Positions 51,740 through 64,000 of a stretch of 64,000 bases of DNA are shown here, one piece after another; positions within the stretch are counted from its first letter, which is position 1, and every line of letters starts with the position of its first letter. This stretch comes from the human T2T-CHM13v2.0 reference genome, Homo sapiens. The stretch lies in NCBI RefSeq assembly GCF_009914755.1, contig NC_060935.1; one strand, given 5' to 3'. A program made the translations under genes and the position numbers. The notes beneath the pieces are model-generated. The model saw only the letters and a list, made by a program, of their open reading frames with translations. It ran no database searches and was not told the DNA's origin.

Positions 51740-53160
51740 CTTATACTTTTACTTATTTAACAGATATTTATCACATATCTGATATATGTCAGGCACTCTG
51801 CTAAAATAAGAATACCAAAGGACATGAAATTTACCTTCTTAGAGTCTGGTAGGGGAGCAGATAAGGATATAGATTATAATGTGCTGTGTTAACAGAATGA
51901 CCCTCAGGAAGGCAACCAAACCAGACTGGGAATGCTAAGAAAACCTTCAGTCTAAGTTGAATTATAAAGGTTCATAGTAGTTTTCCAGGCAAAGATGGTG
52001 AAATAAAACTCCAAGTTAAAGGGTAGAAGAGGCACAGAGAATTGAGAGTAGAAACATGGCATGTGTTGACTTACAAGTGAAAGAAATAGATTACGATGTA
52101 ATGTGAATTCTGGGGTTGTATGCCTAGGTTCAAACCACGTGTCTTTGGACAAATAACTGTTACTGTTCCCCTTAAGCCTCATTATTTCTATCTATAAATG
52201 AAACTAATAACAGTTCTTATCCCATTACATTTTTATGAGGATTAAATGAAAGTTCATGTAAAGCAGTGTTTTCTCAAATTTCTCAGATGATAAGTCACAC
52301 CCATGGTGCTTTTTTAAAAAATACATCTTCCCAGATCATTCCCTGAGGATTATGATTCAATGGGTCTGGGATGAGGACCAGGAATTATATTTTTAGCAAG
52401 GATCCCAGGTGATATTCATCATCAGTGAAGTTTGGAAAATACTGATATAAGACATTTAGCATAGTTCCAGGATCAGGGTTAGTACTCAATAGATATTAAC
52501 TATAAATTAGTTATAAAAGCAGAATTTGCAGAGGAAGAGGGTGATTTAGTATGAGAAGGGATATATGAAGCTGGAAACAGAAACAATGATCAAGTCATGA
52601 AATGTCTAAATGCATGTTACATTAAGGAGTTAGTATTTTATCTTGAAAGCAATTAGGAACCATTTAAAGGTTTTTAAGGAGCAAAGTGCCTTGATTAGAT
52701 ATTCATTTCTTAAGGATTCATCTAGCTTCATGGTGAAGGGAATTGTAAACAGGCAAGAAAGAAGGTCATAAAACTATTTATGAGGTAACTACAGGAAGCC
52801 AGATGCAAAATTAAGGAGCACTGAATTAGAACACTGGAAGAGGGAATCGAGAGATACATAGAAAGCAAAATCTAGAGGACTTGACCCACTGCATGTAAAG
52901 AATGAGGGAGAGTCTAGCTTGTTGTCTTATCAGTTTATAGTTAGGAGAAATGGGTTGTGCACAGGGAAAAGAAGCCACAATAGTAGGATCAAGCTTGTTC
53001 AGCAATAAAATCGATTTCGAACAAACTGAGATTGAGTTGCCACTGAGCTATTCCATCTGACAGTTGGATATATGTGCACATAGACTACGGAACAGAAATC
53101 TGAATTAGAGATCTACACTTGGAAAGTATATAGATGGTAGTTGAAATCATCTTATGTTTT
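51740..53160. mobile_element. Nested stack: MER5 (52263-52445) inside MIR (about 52090-52500) inside minus-strand L2
   Basis: MER5 ends cagtgttttctcaaa and tttggaaaatactg split the MIR 3' end (catgtaaag|...|acatttagcatagttccagg); L2 motifs lie on both sides. Confidence 0.7.
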
Positions 53161-54084
53161 CCTGGAGACATTTAGTGATGTGACCAAAGTCACATCCCTA
53201 ATGGTTGGATGATAAGCTAATGATATTGGCCTAGCTTATAGAATCAGTTACACTCAGAATCAGAGAAGGCTTATATTCAAAATCCGAAATATCTCTTACA
53301 TATTATATTTTGTCTCTAAAAAAACAGCATTCCAAGCCACTACTCCATGGCCTGACTGTTTCCTTTTCTATTGCAAATATTATTTCTGTCCTGGAAAGGA
53401 GACACAGAAGGTTTGGATGCAGTTAAACAATTTCTAAAGTGTTATATAGGACATGACATATTATGGGCTACAGCAGCTGGTGCTAACTGAAGATGATTAG
53501 GTTTCCTGGATATAATTGTCTAAAGATTTGACTTCTCCCCAACCTCATAATAGACCTGATGTAAGTTGGATTAGAATTTACCCTTATTTGGCAGTATGGA
53601 TTCTTACTCTCTGTTCCATTTCTCTGATTTGACTTGGAGAATGTTAGCTACTTGGCTAGTTCATCAAAATGACTCCACAGGTCACCAGAATTACATGTCA
53701 CAAAGTATTTTCATTGGTCTCTACTTCTCTCCCCAGTCAACCACTAAAGGGCAGGCAAAAGAATATTGGTATAAAGAATTTAAACAAAAAAAGAAATTCT
53801 ATAGAAAAACAGAGTGATGCTGAGGGTAATTTCTCTTCAGGAATTTAAACTGTGAAACAAGAGGTATTTTATAAACAAAAATATTCCTTTATGTTAAATA
53901 ACATTTTGAGGAGGGATGTCAACCAAAATTTCTTGCAATGAAAATGTAATTTGGTTGGACTTTATGGTTTGGAGCATACCTCTGAGTCTCTGCACATTTT
54001 TTCCAGCTGTCTGGAATACCCTGCTCTACAACCCTTTATGCCTGGAAAACTCCCCTTCTTCCTTCAAAGTTCAGCCTAAGATTG

Positions 54085-57000
54085 GTCCGCAAGATGATAA
54101 AGCCGGAGGTTTCCCACTCATATCCCTCCACAGCAACTATAATTTGGCAGCCATCAACAGACAAAAGTGCATTTGTAGAAGCTTTGGGAACCACATAGGC
54201 GGTTTGAAATCCAGTGAAGCTCAAGACCAAACAGGGCTGTTTTGAAAAGGCAAGTCTACACCCAGGTGTAGGGCTCACTGACCATGGTACCAGCTAAAGA
54301 CCCCAAAACAGCCCCCAACTTCCTATGGACTTAGATACACACCTGTTTAGCATTGGTCTTGCCAGCAGTACCATCTGCCAAGGGACCCAGGAGAAGTCAC
54401 ACCCCCACTCCGTGCCTTAGATAACAGGCCTGCTGACCACAGTCAGCTGAGGACACTGAAGCAGCCTGTGACCCATCTCCAGTCTTGTGACCCACCAGGA
54501 TCCATGCCCCTGGAGGCAGACTTTCCTACCTCAATCCCATAGCAGATCTTGAAACAACCCTGCAACTTGGCTCTAGCCCCTTTCAGTTGCAGACCAAGAA
54601 TGGTCCTCCTCTGCAGTGACCTGCCAAAAGACATACCCATTCATGTCCCAAGAAGCAGATCTGCCAACTTCAGTCAGACTACATATCCTGAAGTAGCCCT
54701 AGAAAATGGCTCCCGTGAGCCCAGCAGGTGGCATACATATCCGTACACCTGGAGGCAGACATACAGGCTACACTCTCAGATATAGACTCTGAAGCAGTAC
54801 TATAACTTGATTCCAAGCCACCCTGCCAAAGAACCCACCCAGAAACCTACCTAGTAACCTGGTAAGAGCCATCCAAGGGGCCTGGCAAGAGCCAGAATTG
54901 TCTGTAAACCAGATAGCATGCCAGCTGTCCATGAACCTAACTGCTGCAGACCCTGAAGTAGGTCCTGTCCCGGCTGCAATCTTACTGACCCAGGTCGTGG
55001 AGGCAGTCCAGTCTACCCAGGGACCAGACAGGATCCATATCTGACCAGCTCTGGTAATAGGCCAACCAATCACTGAACCCATGATAGACCAATCAGCAGC
55101 CATGTAAACTGACCCCAATCCTACACAACTGTGATCCTAGAGGCAATCCCATCAGGGAAAGGACCCAACAGGAAAAGGTCTTTACCTGCCAAACCCAGTC
55201 TGTAAAAATTGGAAAAGGCGTTTGCTCCTTCAAATGCGCAGACACCAGTGCAAGGCTTGATGAACCACAGTAATGGAGGCGAATATGTCATCACTAAAGG
55301 AAATTAAAGTTTTAGTACTCGACCCCAGAGAAATGAAGATCTATCAATTTTCTGATAAATAACACAAAGTAATCATCTAAAAGAAGCTTGACAAGATGCA
55401 AGAAGACAGGATAGACAACTAAACAAAATCAGGAATAAAATACATGAACAAAATTAGATGTTTAATAAAGAAATGGAAACCGTAAAAAAAAAGACCTAAA
55501 AAGAAAACCTGAACTAAAGAACACAATGACAGAGTTGCAAAAGCAATAGACAGCTTCACCAGCTTACTCAATAGTGCTAAAGAATCAGGATACTTGAAGA
55601 CAAGTCACCTGAAATTATCCAATGAGAGGAACAACAACAACAACAACAACAACAGAAAAAAAGAATGGAAAAGAAGGAAGGGAGCATATGGGACCTAAAG
55701 GACAGCATCAAGCAAACAAACATATGCATTGTGGGAGTCCAAGAAGGAGAAGAATAAGAGCAGTAGAAAGCTTATTTAAATAAATAATGTCTGAAAACTT
55801 CCCAAATCTTGGTAGGAATATGGCTATCCATAATCATGAGGCTCAAGCAACATTAGCTCAAAGAAGATTACACCAATATACATTATAATCAAATTGTCAA
55901 AAATCAAAGACAAAGAGAGAATCTTGAAACCAGCAAGAGAACAGCAACTGCAGCTGACAAGGGAACCTCCATAAAGCTATCAGCAGACTCCTAGCAGAAG
56001 TCTTACAGGCCAGGAGAGAGTGGGATGACATATTCAAAGTATTGGGGCTGGCAGGGGGTGTGAGGGAGATATCAATCATGAATACTATACCCATCAAAGC
56101 TGTCCTTCAGAAATGAAGAAGAGATAAAGTGAATAGAGGCAAACATGTCATTCCTAGAAAAACAGAAGCTGAGAAAATTCATCACCACTAGACCAGACTA
56201 CAAAACATGCTAAAGGGAGATCTTCAAGGTGAAATGAAAGGACACTAAGTAACAACATGAAAACATAAGAAAGTATAAAATTCATTGGCAAAGGCAAATA
56301 TATGGTCAAATTTGGAATATTTGAATACTATAATAGTGGTGCATAAGTCATTTTTAAACCCAGTATAAAAGTTAAAAGATAAAAGTATTAAAAATGTTTA
56401 CAGCTATAATAATTTATTAATAGATACAGAATATTTTTTAAAAGCATATCAATAACATAAAATGTGAGGGGTAAAGTAAAAGTGTAGAATTTTAATATGT
56501 AATTGAAGCTATCAGTTTAAAAAATAGACTGTTATACCTGTAAGGTACTTTATGCAAGCCTCATGGTATCCACAAAGAAAACCTCTAGAATCAAAGCATA
56601 TGCCTATAGATAATCATCACATCACAAAGGAAGACAGAAAAAGAGGAAAAAATAACTACGAACAGAAAACAATTTTTTAAAATGGCAGTCGTTTTTTACC
56701 TATCAATAATTACTTTAAGTGTAAATTGATTAAATACTCTAAAATACATTGAGTTACTGAATCAATTAAATAACAGGACACAACTATATGTTACCTAGCA
56801 GAGACTCAATTTACCTTCAAGGACATACACAGGCTTTAAGTGAAGAGATGAAAATAATATTACATGCAAATGGTAACCAAAAGAGAACAAGGTTGACTAT
56901 ACTTAGACAAGATGAAAAAAGTTAAACTGTTTCCTCATGTAAATGACATGATCTTATACAAAGAAAACCCTAAAGATGTCACATAAAAATTGTTACAATT

Positions 57001-57523
57001 AATAAATAAATATAGTAAATTTTCAGGATACAAAATCAGCATACAAAAAAATTAGTCACATTTCTGTACACTAATAATGAACTATCTGAAAAATAAATTA
57101 AGAAGATAGTCCTATTTACAACAGCACTAAAAATAATAAAACACTTAAGAATGAACTTAACCAAAGAGGTAAGAGATCTGTGTACTGAAAACTGTAAGAC
57201 ATTGATGAAAGAAATAAATATTAAAGAAGACACAAACACTAAAAACAATCCTAAAATTCATAGGTAGCAACAAAAGGCCCTAAATAGCCAAAGCAATCTT
57301 GAATAAGAAAAACAAAGCTGGAAATATCACACTTCCTGATTTCACACTCTCTTACAAAATTATGTAATCAAAACAGTATGGTACTGGCATAAAAACAGAC
57401 ATATTGATGAACAGAACATAACACAAAGTCCAGAAATAAACCCAGACACATATGGTCAACAAATCTTTGACAAGGACCCCAAGAACACACATGGGGTAAT
57501 GATAGTCTCTTCAATAAATGGTG
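54085..57523 (+). mobile_element. Old L1M(A) element: GC-richer 5' UTR, decayed ORF1 and internally deleted ORF2
   Basis: 5' start caagatga...; ORF1-like caggccaggagagagtgggatgacatattcaaagt; ORF2 start near 56680 jumps near 56910 to the RT motif aatgacatgatcttatac; (CAA)n at 55631-55653. Confidence 0.8.
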
Positions 57524-59530
57524 AGTCAGATATGGCAGAAATGTTGGAACTATTAGACCAGGAATTTTTTTATGATTAATATGTCCTTGTAACAGAAAAA
57601 AAGTAGGCAGCATGCAAGCACAGATGGATAATGTAAAGAGAGAGATGGAAATTCATAGAATCAAAAAGAAATACTGGAGATAAAAACAACTATAACAGAA
57701 ATGTATAACACCTTTGATGGGTTCATTAGTAAACTGGACGTGACTGAGGAAAAAAAATCTCTGAGTTAGAGGACATAACAATAGAAACTTCCCAAACTGA
57801 AAAATAAAGAGAAAAAACTTATAAAAAAAAAAAAAAAACAGAACAGAATATCCAGGAACTGTGGGACAACTACAAAAGGCATAATGTGTAACTGTTGTGG
57901 GAAGTCAGGGACCCTGAACAGAGGGACCAGCTGAAGCTGTGGCAGAAAAACATAAATTATGAAGATTTCATGGACATTTATTAGTTCCCCAAATTAATAC
58001 TTTTATAATTTCTTACACCTGTCTTTACTGCTATCTCTGAACATAAATTGTGAAGATTTCATGGACATTTATCACTTCCCCAATCAATACTCTTATAATT
58101 TCCTATGCCTGTCTTTACTTTAATCTCTTAATCCCATCATGTTTGTAAGCTGAGGATGTGTGTCGCCTCAGGACCCTGTGATGATTGTGTTATCTTTACA
58201 AATTGTTTGTAAAACATGTGTGTTTGAATGATATGAAATCTGGGCATCCTGAAAAAGAACAGGATAACAGCAATTTTCAGGGAACAAGGGAGATAACCAT
58301 AAGGTCTGACTGCCTGCGGGGCCTGGCAGAACACAGTCATATTTGTCTTCTTGCAGAAAGCAAATAGGAGAAATATCGCTGAATTTTTTCCCAGCAAGGA
58401 ATAATCCTGGGGAAGGAATGCATTCCCAGGGGTAGGTCTACAGATGGCCGCTCTGGGACTGTCTGTCTTATGTGGTTGAAGATAAGGGATGAAATACGCC
58501 CTCGTCTCCTGAAGTGCACTCAGGCTTACCAGGATTGGGAAATTCCAGCCTGGTGAATTCTAGTCAGTCCGGTTGTCTGCTCTCAAACCCTGTTTCCTGT
58601 TAAGATGTTTATCAAGACAATACGTGCCCAGCGGGACATGGAACCTCATCAGTAATTCTAATTTCACCCTCTGCCTTGTGATCTTTTATTGCCCTCTGAA
58701 GCATGTGATCCCTGTGACCTACTCCCTATTCGTACACCCCTCCCTTTTTGAAATCCCTAATAAAAACTTGCTGGTTTTGCAGCTCAGGCGGGCTCCACAG
58801 AAACTGCCGATACATGATGTCACCCCCAGAGGCCCAGCTGTAAAATTTTTCTCTTTGTACTCTTTATTTCTCAGACCGGTTGACCCTTAGGGAAAATAGA
58901 AAAGAACCTACACTGAAATATTGGGGGCTGGTTTCCCTGATATGTAACAGGAATATGAGGAGGAGAAAGACGGAAAGGTACAGAAGCAGTATTTGAAGCA
59001 ATAATAACTAATTTCCCCAAATTAATATCAGATGCTAAACCAGAAATCCAAGAATTTCAGAAAACAACAAGCCAGATAAATCCCAATAGCAACAAAAACT
59101 ACACCTAAGCATATTATATTCAAAGTTTGAAAATCAAAAATAAAGAAAGAAACCTTGTTAGAAGTCAGAGGGAAGAAAACACTTTACCTACAGAAAAACA
59201 AGAATAAGAATTACACCATACTAGTCTTCAGAAACCATGCACACAAACAAGCAAGAAGACAGAGAAGTGAAATATTTAAGTGTTGAGAGAAAGAAAAACA
59301 TCAACCTAGAATTCTGTACCCAGAGAAAAACAATCCTTTAACAGTGATAAAGAAATAGAGACTTTCTAAAACAAAAATTGAGGGAATTTGTGGCCAGTAG
59401 ACCTGCCTTACAAGAAATGTTAAAAGAAATTCTTCAGTGAGAAAGAAAAAGATGTAGGCCAGAAACTCTAATCTACATAAAAAACGAAGAGCATCAGAGA
59501 ATAAATAAGTGAAAGTAAAATAAAACATCA
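57524..59530 (+). mobile_element. Second old L1M ORF1-region remnant, split by MER11
   Basis: A-rich ORF1-like sequence (acagaatatccaggaactgtgggacaactac; tcaacctagaattctgtacccag) continuous across the LTR. Confidence 0.75.
57893..58942 (+). mobile_element. MER11A-like solo LTR (HERV-K11/HML-8)
   Basis: Runs from TGTTGTGGGAAGTCAGGGACCC to GGGGGCTGGTTTCCCTGATA; exact 6-bp TSD TGTAAC at 57887-57892 and 58943-58948; internal duplicated gaagatttcatggacatttat block; LTR AATAAA near 58759. Confidence 0.95.
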
Positions 59531-60245
59531 CTATACCTTGAGTGGTAATTAGGTTCTCAAGTTTTTGGTTACATGAATCCTTCAGTCAATGTCTCTGATG
59601 AGAATCAGCTTTTGCCAGCTTTAGTTAGAACGTGAACTACCTTGATCAAGTCTCAGGACTTCTTTCTTTCATTTAATGTTAGTAGATAGCACTGAGTGTT
59701 TTCCATGTTTATAATGTTAATATCAGGCTACAGTATTACCATGTTGGTATCAGACGGCAATCATTGTAATAAAACCACAGGATCTTGCTCTCTTGTGGGA
59801 TTCTAGGCTCAGGCGTTTGACTTTAGAAAGTTCATGAACACCCTGAAATTATATGTACTATGTATTTATGCATGTGGTATGTATCACACGTTTTTCTGAG
59901 TCAAAAGATTATTAGTTCATCAGATTTTTGTAGGTAACTGAGATCCCCTGTAAAAACAAACAAATAAACAAACAAAAAACTATTCTTATAAAGTTGTTAT
60001 TGAGCCCTTGGATGAAAAAAACATTACTTGGGTTTTTGCCTTTTACAGGTTTTCAAAAACACTTCCAATCCATTCATTTGCTTATATTTATAACAGGTCT
60101 CTGAAAAAGGCAAGGTTGTTCTGCCCTTATGCCAGTAGAGGAGACAGTCTTTTCATTTTGTTTGGTAGAACACCACATCAAAATGAGATGAGTTTGTGTT
60201 CATCTTTACTTCAATACTGCTAGTGGATAAGATTAGTCAGTCTCA

Positions 60246-60335
60246 TAGGAAAAAAAAAGGATAATCAAAACTAGCTATTATTCTTTACAATATTACTCTT
60301 TGTGATAGCTAGTTTTGATTATCCTTTTTTTCCTA
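60246..60335. repeat. Near-perfect inverted repeat (31-bp stem, 26-nt spacer)
   Basis: TAGG-A9-GGATAATCAAAACTAGCTAT (60246-60278) versus ATAGCTAGTTTTGATTATCC-T7-CCTA (60305-60335). Confidence 0.95.
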
Positions 60336-61579
60336 CTGAATTAACCAATTATTTTGTTAACATGTATACAACCATAATAAATGCCTTTAGTGATGATCGC
60401 TGTGTCAAGTCTTAATGGAAGCTGCCCCTTCCCATCATTAAGATAAGCAGTGTGAACAGGTCAGTGTAAAACCCAACAGTACAATCTGAAATTATTAGGA
60501 AGTATCCCTTTAGAAGGTACTACCCTCAGATTCATTACCACAAACACCCACCTCCCAACTTTCCCCATCCTCACCACCCAGTAACCTAAAGAAAGCACAA
60601 TGAGTATACTGTGAACAGACTTGGAATTTTATTTCTGCTAAAACTGTAAATTTTTTTCTAATTCCAATTTAGTTTTAAAGATTTGAAAATAGAAACAGAT
60701 GGGGTTAGCAGATGTTATTAAGAAAAATATTTCCTACTTAAATGCTACATACCCAATGTAAGCATTTAATTAAATATTTGAGTAACGTTTAAAAGCCATT
60801 TTTAGAGGAAGAGGAAAAGCCATTATTTTCCTACAACTTTTATTATGAAATTTTTGTCTGATAATCACCCAATGTTGATTTTTCAGAAATTTCTTCATAA
60901 ACTTGGATTCCCCTTCCCTCTAGAAATAATGAAATAACCTTTTGCATTACACTCCAATAAATACTTAGATCTATAAAACATGAAATCATCTTAAATGTCA
61001 TTAAATTCACTATTTCCAAAAGTATAACAATATCATTAGCAATAGATAGTTATTTTAAAATTTCAGAATTTAAACTTTTTAAAAATGTTTATTATATATT
61101 TTATAGTTAAAATTTTCTAATTATGGTAAGTGATGCTGATTTTCCATTTATAATAATTACATAAAGCTCCTTTTAAAATTAAACTTAAGTAACTATTTTA
61201 AAAATACTACTAACAGTGCAGGTGGTACTATTTTGAAGGTAGTACTGAATTGACCAAAGTTTGGAAAATGCTGATCATTTTATGAACAAGCAAATAGAAT
61301 CACAGAAGAGAAATTACTTTCCATGGCTATACATAGTGAGTAACAGAGCCAGAATTCAAACACAAGTTTTGGATTCCACATTATTTCTCATTCCACTGTT
61401 TCACACTGTGAGGATTTCAATTTCATGTGGAATTAGCTTGGCTCCATGATGCTTCCAAATGTCTGACCAATGGCTTTACTTTGCATTTGCTTTGAAGCAA
61501 TCCCAGAAATGATTCAAGAACAAACATGAAGGGGCAAAGAGGTCATCTGAGGGTCTAATATTTATGAGAATCTAAATCA

Positions 61580-61750
61580 GTGCAAAAGCTCTAAAATTGC
61601 AGAACACATTAGAATCACCTGGGAAGCTTATTTAAAATGCTGACCCCTAGGCCACACCTATTCAGATTCAGCTGACCTAGGTCTAAGAATCTGGATATTT
61701 AACCATCATCCAAAAGATTTGGGTGTGGGTGGTCCATGAACCATACTTTA
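61580..61750. mobile_element. MER5-type hAT element
   Basis: cacattagaatcacctgggaagcttatttaaaatgctga...ggtccatgaaccatactttaagaaa. Confidence 0.75.
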
Positions 61751-63289
61751 AGAAATAGCATTCATATCACCTGGTCCAAAAGAAGCATTTCATTCTGACT
61801 AAAAAAATCCTGAGGGACCTTTAATGGCCATGCCTTGTCTGTACTTGTTTCACTTTCCTCAGGCAAAGATTTCCGTTATTTTCCTTTGGTATGTCAGTAG
61901 CAATGAGAGGCATCCAGACAGGGTATGCTTACCCTATTCTATGACATTAGGGATTGATAACTAGATCCTTTTTTCAGCCATAATAAGTCATATTTCTTCC
62001 TCAGCCTCTCACTTACCACATGCTCTCCTTATAACCTAAACTTTTCCTTGGAAGCATTTACCACAGCTGTAATCAAAAGGTTTTCTGCATAATTAATGAT
62101 CCAGATTTTTTTTCCTCCCTAGACAAACATGATGGCATTGGCACAGTTATATTAACAACACATGGCATACCCAGAACCCAGCAGACATTCAATAAACAGT
62201 TGCTGAATAAATAAGTAAAGTATCACTTTTGAGTGTAGAATATTTCTTTTGGAAATAATCCAAAACTCACATTTGATAGGTAGAAGACATTTTCCCTCCC
62301 TTTTATTTTTAGAGAAAGTTGCATTTATAATTATGATCCCATTATGTGGCTGGGAAGATGTTGATTATAACTGCTCTCAAATTACTGAAATCAATATAAT
62401 AATGAAACATTTATACTGAGTGCAAAATGAGTACTTTTGTTTATTTGTATATGATGTAAGCAGAAGCCCTGACCTAAGCTTGACAATCTCTGCAAGCCAT
62501 ATGGAAAATATCACTGTCACTGATGTTTCATGAGCCTAAATAATGCTATAACTTCTCTCTAAGAAATATCAGTGTGCTGACCCAGAGGCTTAGTTTTCAT
62601 TATACATATAAAGATATAAATCACAAGGTTTCCCTTTTAATACACTCATGTAAAATTGCAGAATTTGTCACCTGACTGTTCTGGGTTAAGTCATACACAG
62701 AGAGACCTAATTATTCAGCTGGTGGCAGGGTAGCAGGGTGCAGAAGATGCAGTGAATATAGACATGCTGCTTCACTTTAAGACATAAATAATAATATTTC
62801 CTTTTTTAATACACCTAAGCAAAACTCAGTTCTTACCACCCTAGTTGTTTAAGTCCTCATTCTCAGACCAATGGTGGGACAAAGGCAGATGAAGAAAAAG
62901 GATGTAATGAATATAAATGTGCAAGGGAAAAGAAAACTTATTTATAAGATTTTATTTTTCCTTATATAATTTGCTTTCAAATTTTAGCCAGTGTTCTTGA
63001 AATACTGGATTCAACCAGAATTGAAATGAAACTCTCATGAAAGCTAGCATTTAATGATCTCTGGAATGTCCTATACATTTTCTTGAAAACAGCTGAAAGT
63101 TCTAGTAATGATGAATAATGTACTTTCTCAGCAATCAAAGGGAGACCTAGTCTCAAGCTTGAAAAAGCTCACATCTGAAGCCATCACTAAGTTGTTTGCC
63201 ACTGGGATTATTGGGCAAAAAATTAAATGAGGGTACCCCTGTAAAATCTTTTAAGTTAAGACAATCTAGGATACCACTTAACTTTCCTT

Positions 63290-64000
63290 TAGCAGCAACG
63301 CAGACCCTAGAGTCACTGTCTCTCCCTGCATACCTATCCTCCCAATCCCAACTTCATGGCTGCTCAGTATGTATCACCATCTCAATCACTGGAACCGCAA
63401 CCACTGTGGGCTGGCTATCCTGTGCCCTGGACCCTATGGCCACTGTCATTCTACAGGTGTCTATGCTCCTAACCCCAGCTCCATGGCTGTTCCATGTGCA
63501 CTTGCATGTCACGCCCTGAAGCTATCACCACTGTGGGCTAGCTACTGAAACAATGGGCTATCTAGCACAATGCCACCTATGAGCTGGACCTGGCACCAAG
63601 AGGAATCCCATCAGCCATGAAATCCCCCATAAGAAACAAACAACAACAAAAAGAGATCAGGAAGTCCTCAGCAGCCTTCCACCAATTACACCAACAGCCC
63701 TTGCTGCTACTGAAGATACCCAGAGCCTTGGCCATTGAGGACTCCTAAAATCTTCAAAGATGCTGATCAAAGGTGACAGACAGGCACAGATACTATACCA
63801 CTGGGCCTTTCCCAGAACTGTAACTGCCACACTCCACCCAGCTGGCACCCTCACATCTACCCACAGATGAAGGTCCTTCCCCACCAAAACCAGTCCATAA
63901 AACCTGGAAGAGGTAACTGGCTCCATCAAATATGCAGACATCAACACAAGACTATAACAAAAATTTTGTTTAAATCAAGAAAGATGACAACACCAAAGAG
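63290..64000 (+). mobile_element. L1M 5' UTR and ORF1 start, running off the window end
   Basis: 63871-63950 is similar to 55177-55255 of the upstream L1M (aggtc.tt.cc..ccaaa.ccagtc..taaaa..tggaa.agg...cttc/tccatcaaat..gcagaca). Confidence 0.65.

Overview
Human (or very close great-ape) genomic DNA, AT-rich and repeat-dense, containing the 3' part of BBOX1 (gamma-butyrobetaine dioxygenase, last step of carnitine biosynthesis) on the + strand. Five coding exons (15666-15864, 37945-38050, 42141-42337, 48146-48312, 49784-49944) splice in frame at GT-AG junctions to give about residues 112-387, including the HxD...H iron triad. The 3' UTR has three AATAAA signals, followed by about 13.5 kb of downstream sequence. 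The rest is transposable-element debris: a full-length Tigger1, two MER11 solo LTRs, MaLR/ERVL LTRs, L1s of many ages, four Alus, MIR/L2/MER elements, a MamSINE1 and a 5S rRNA pseudogene. I see no convincing new protein-coding system; the other ORF-track entries are repeat remnants or chance. The most unusual signals are structural: a ~250-bp-arm inverted duplication in a BBOX1 intron, a 90-nt near-perfect palindrome downstream of the gene, an apparently internally primed L1, a twin-primed L1, a duplicated splice-acceptor unit that may form a 25-nt poison micro-exon, and DR1/GATA motifs in an intronic MER11. Repeat subfamily names come from recognition by eye and their boundaries are approximate unless target-site duplications (TSDs) are given.
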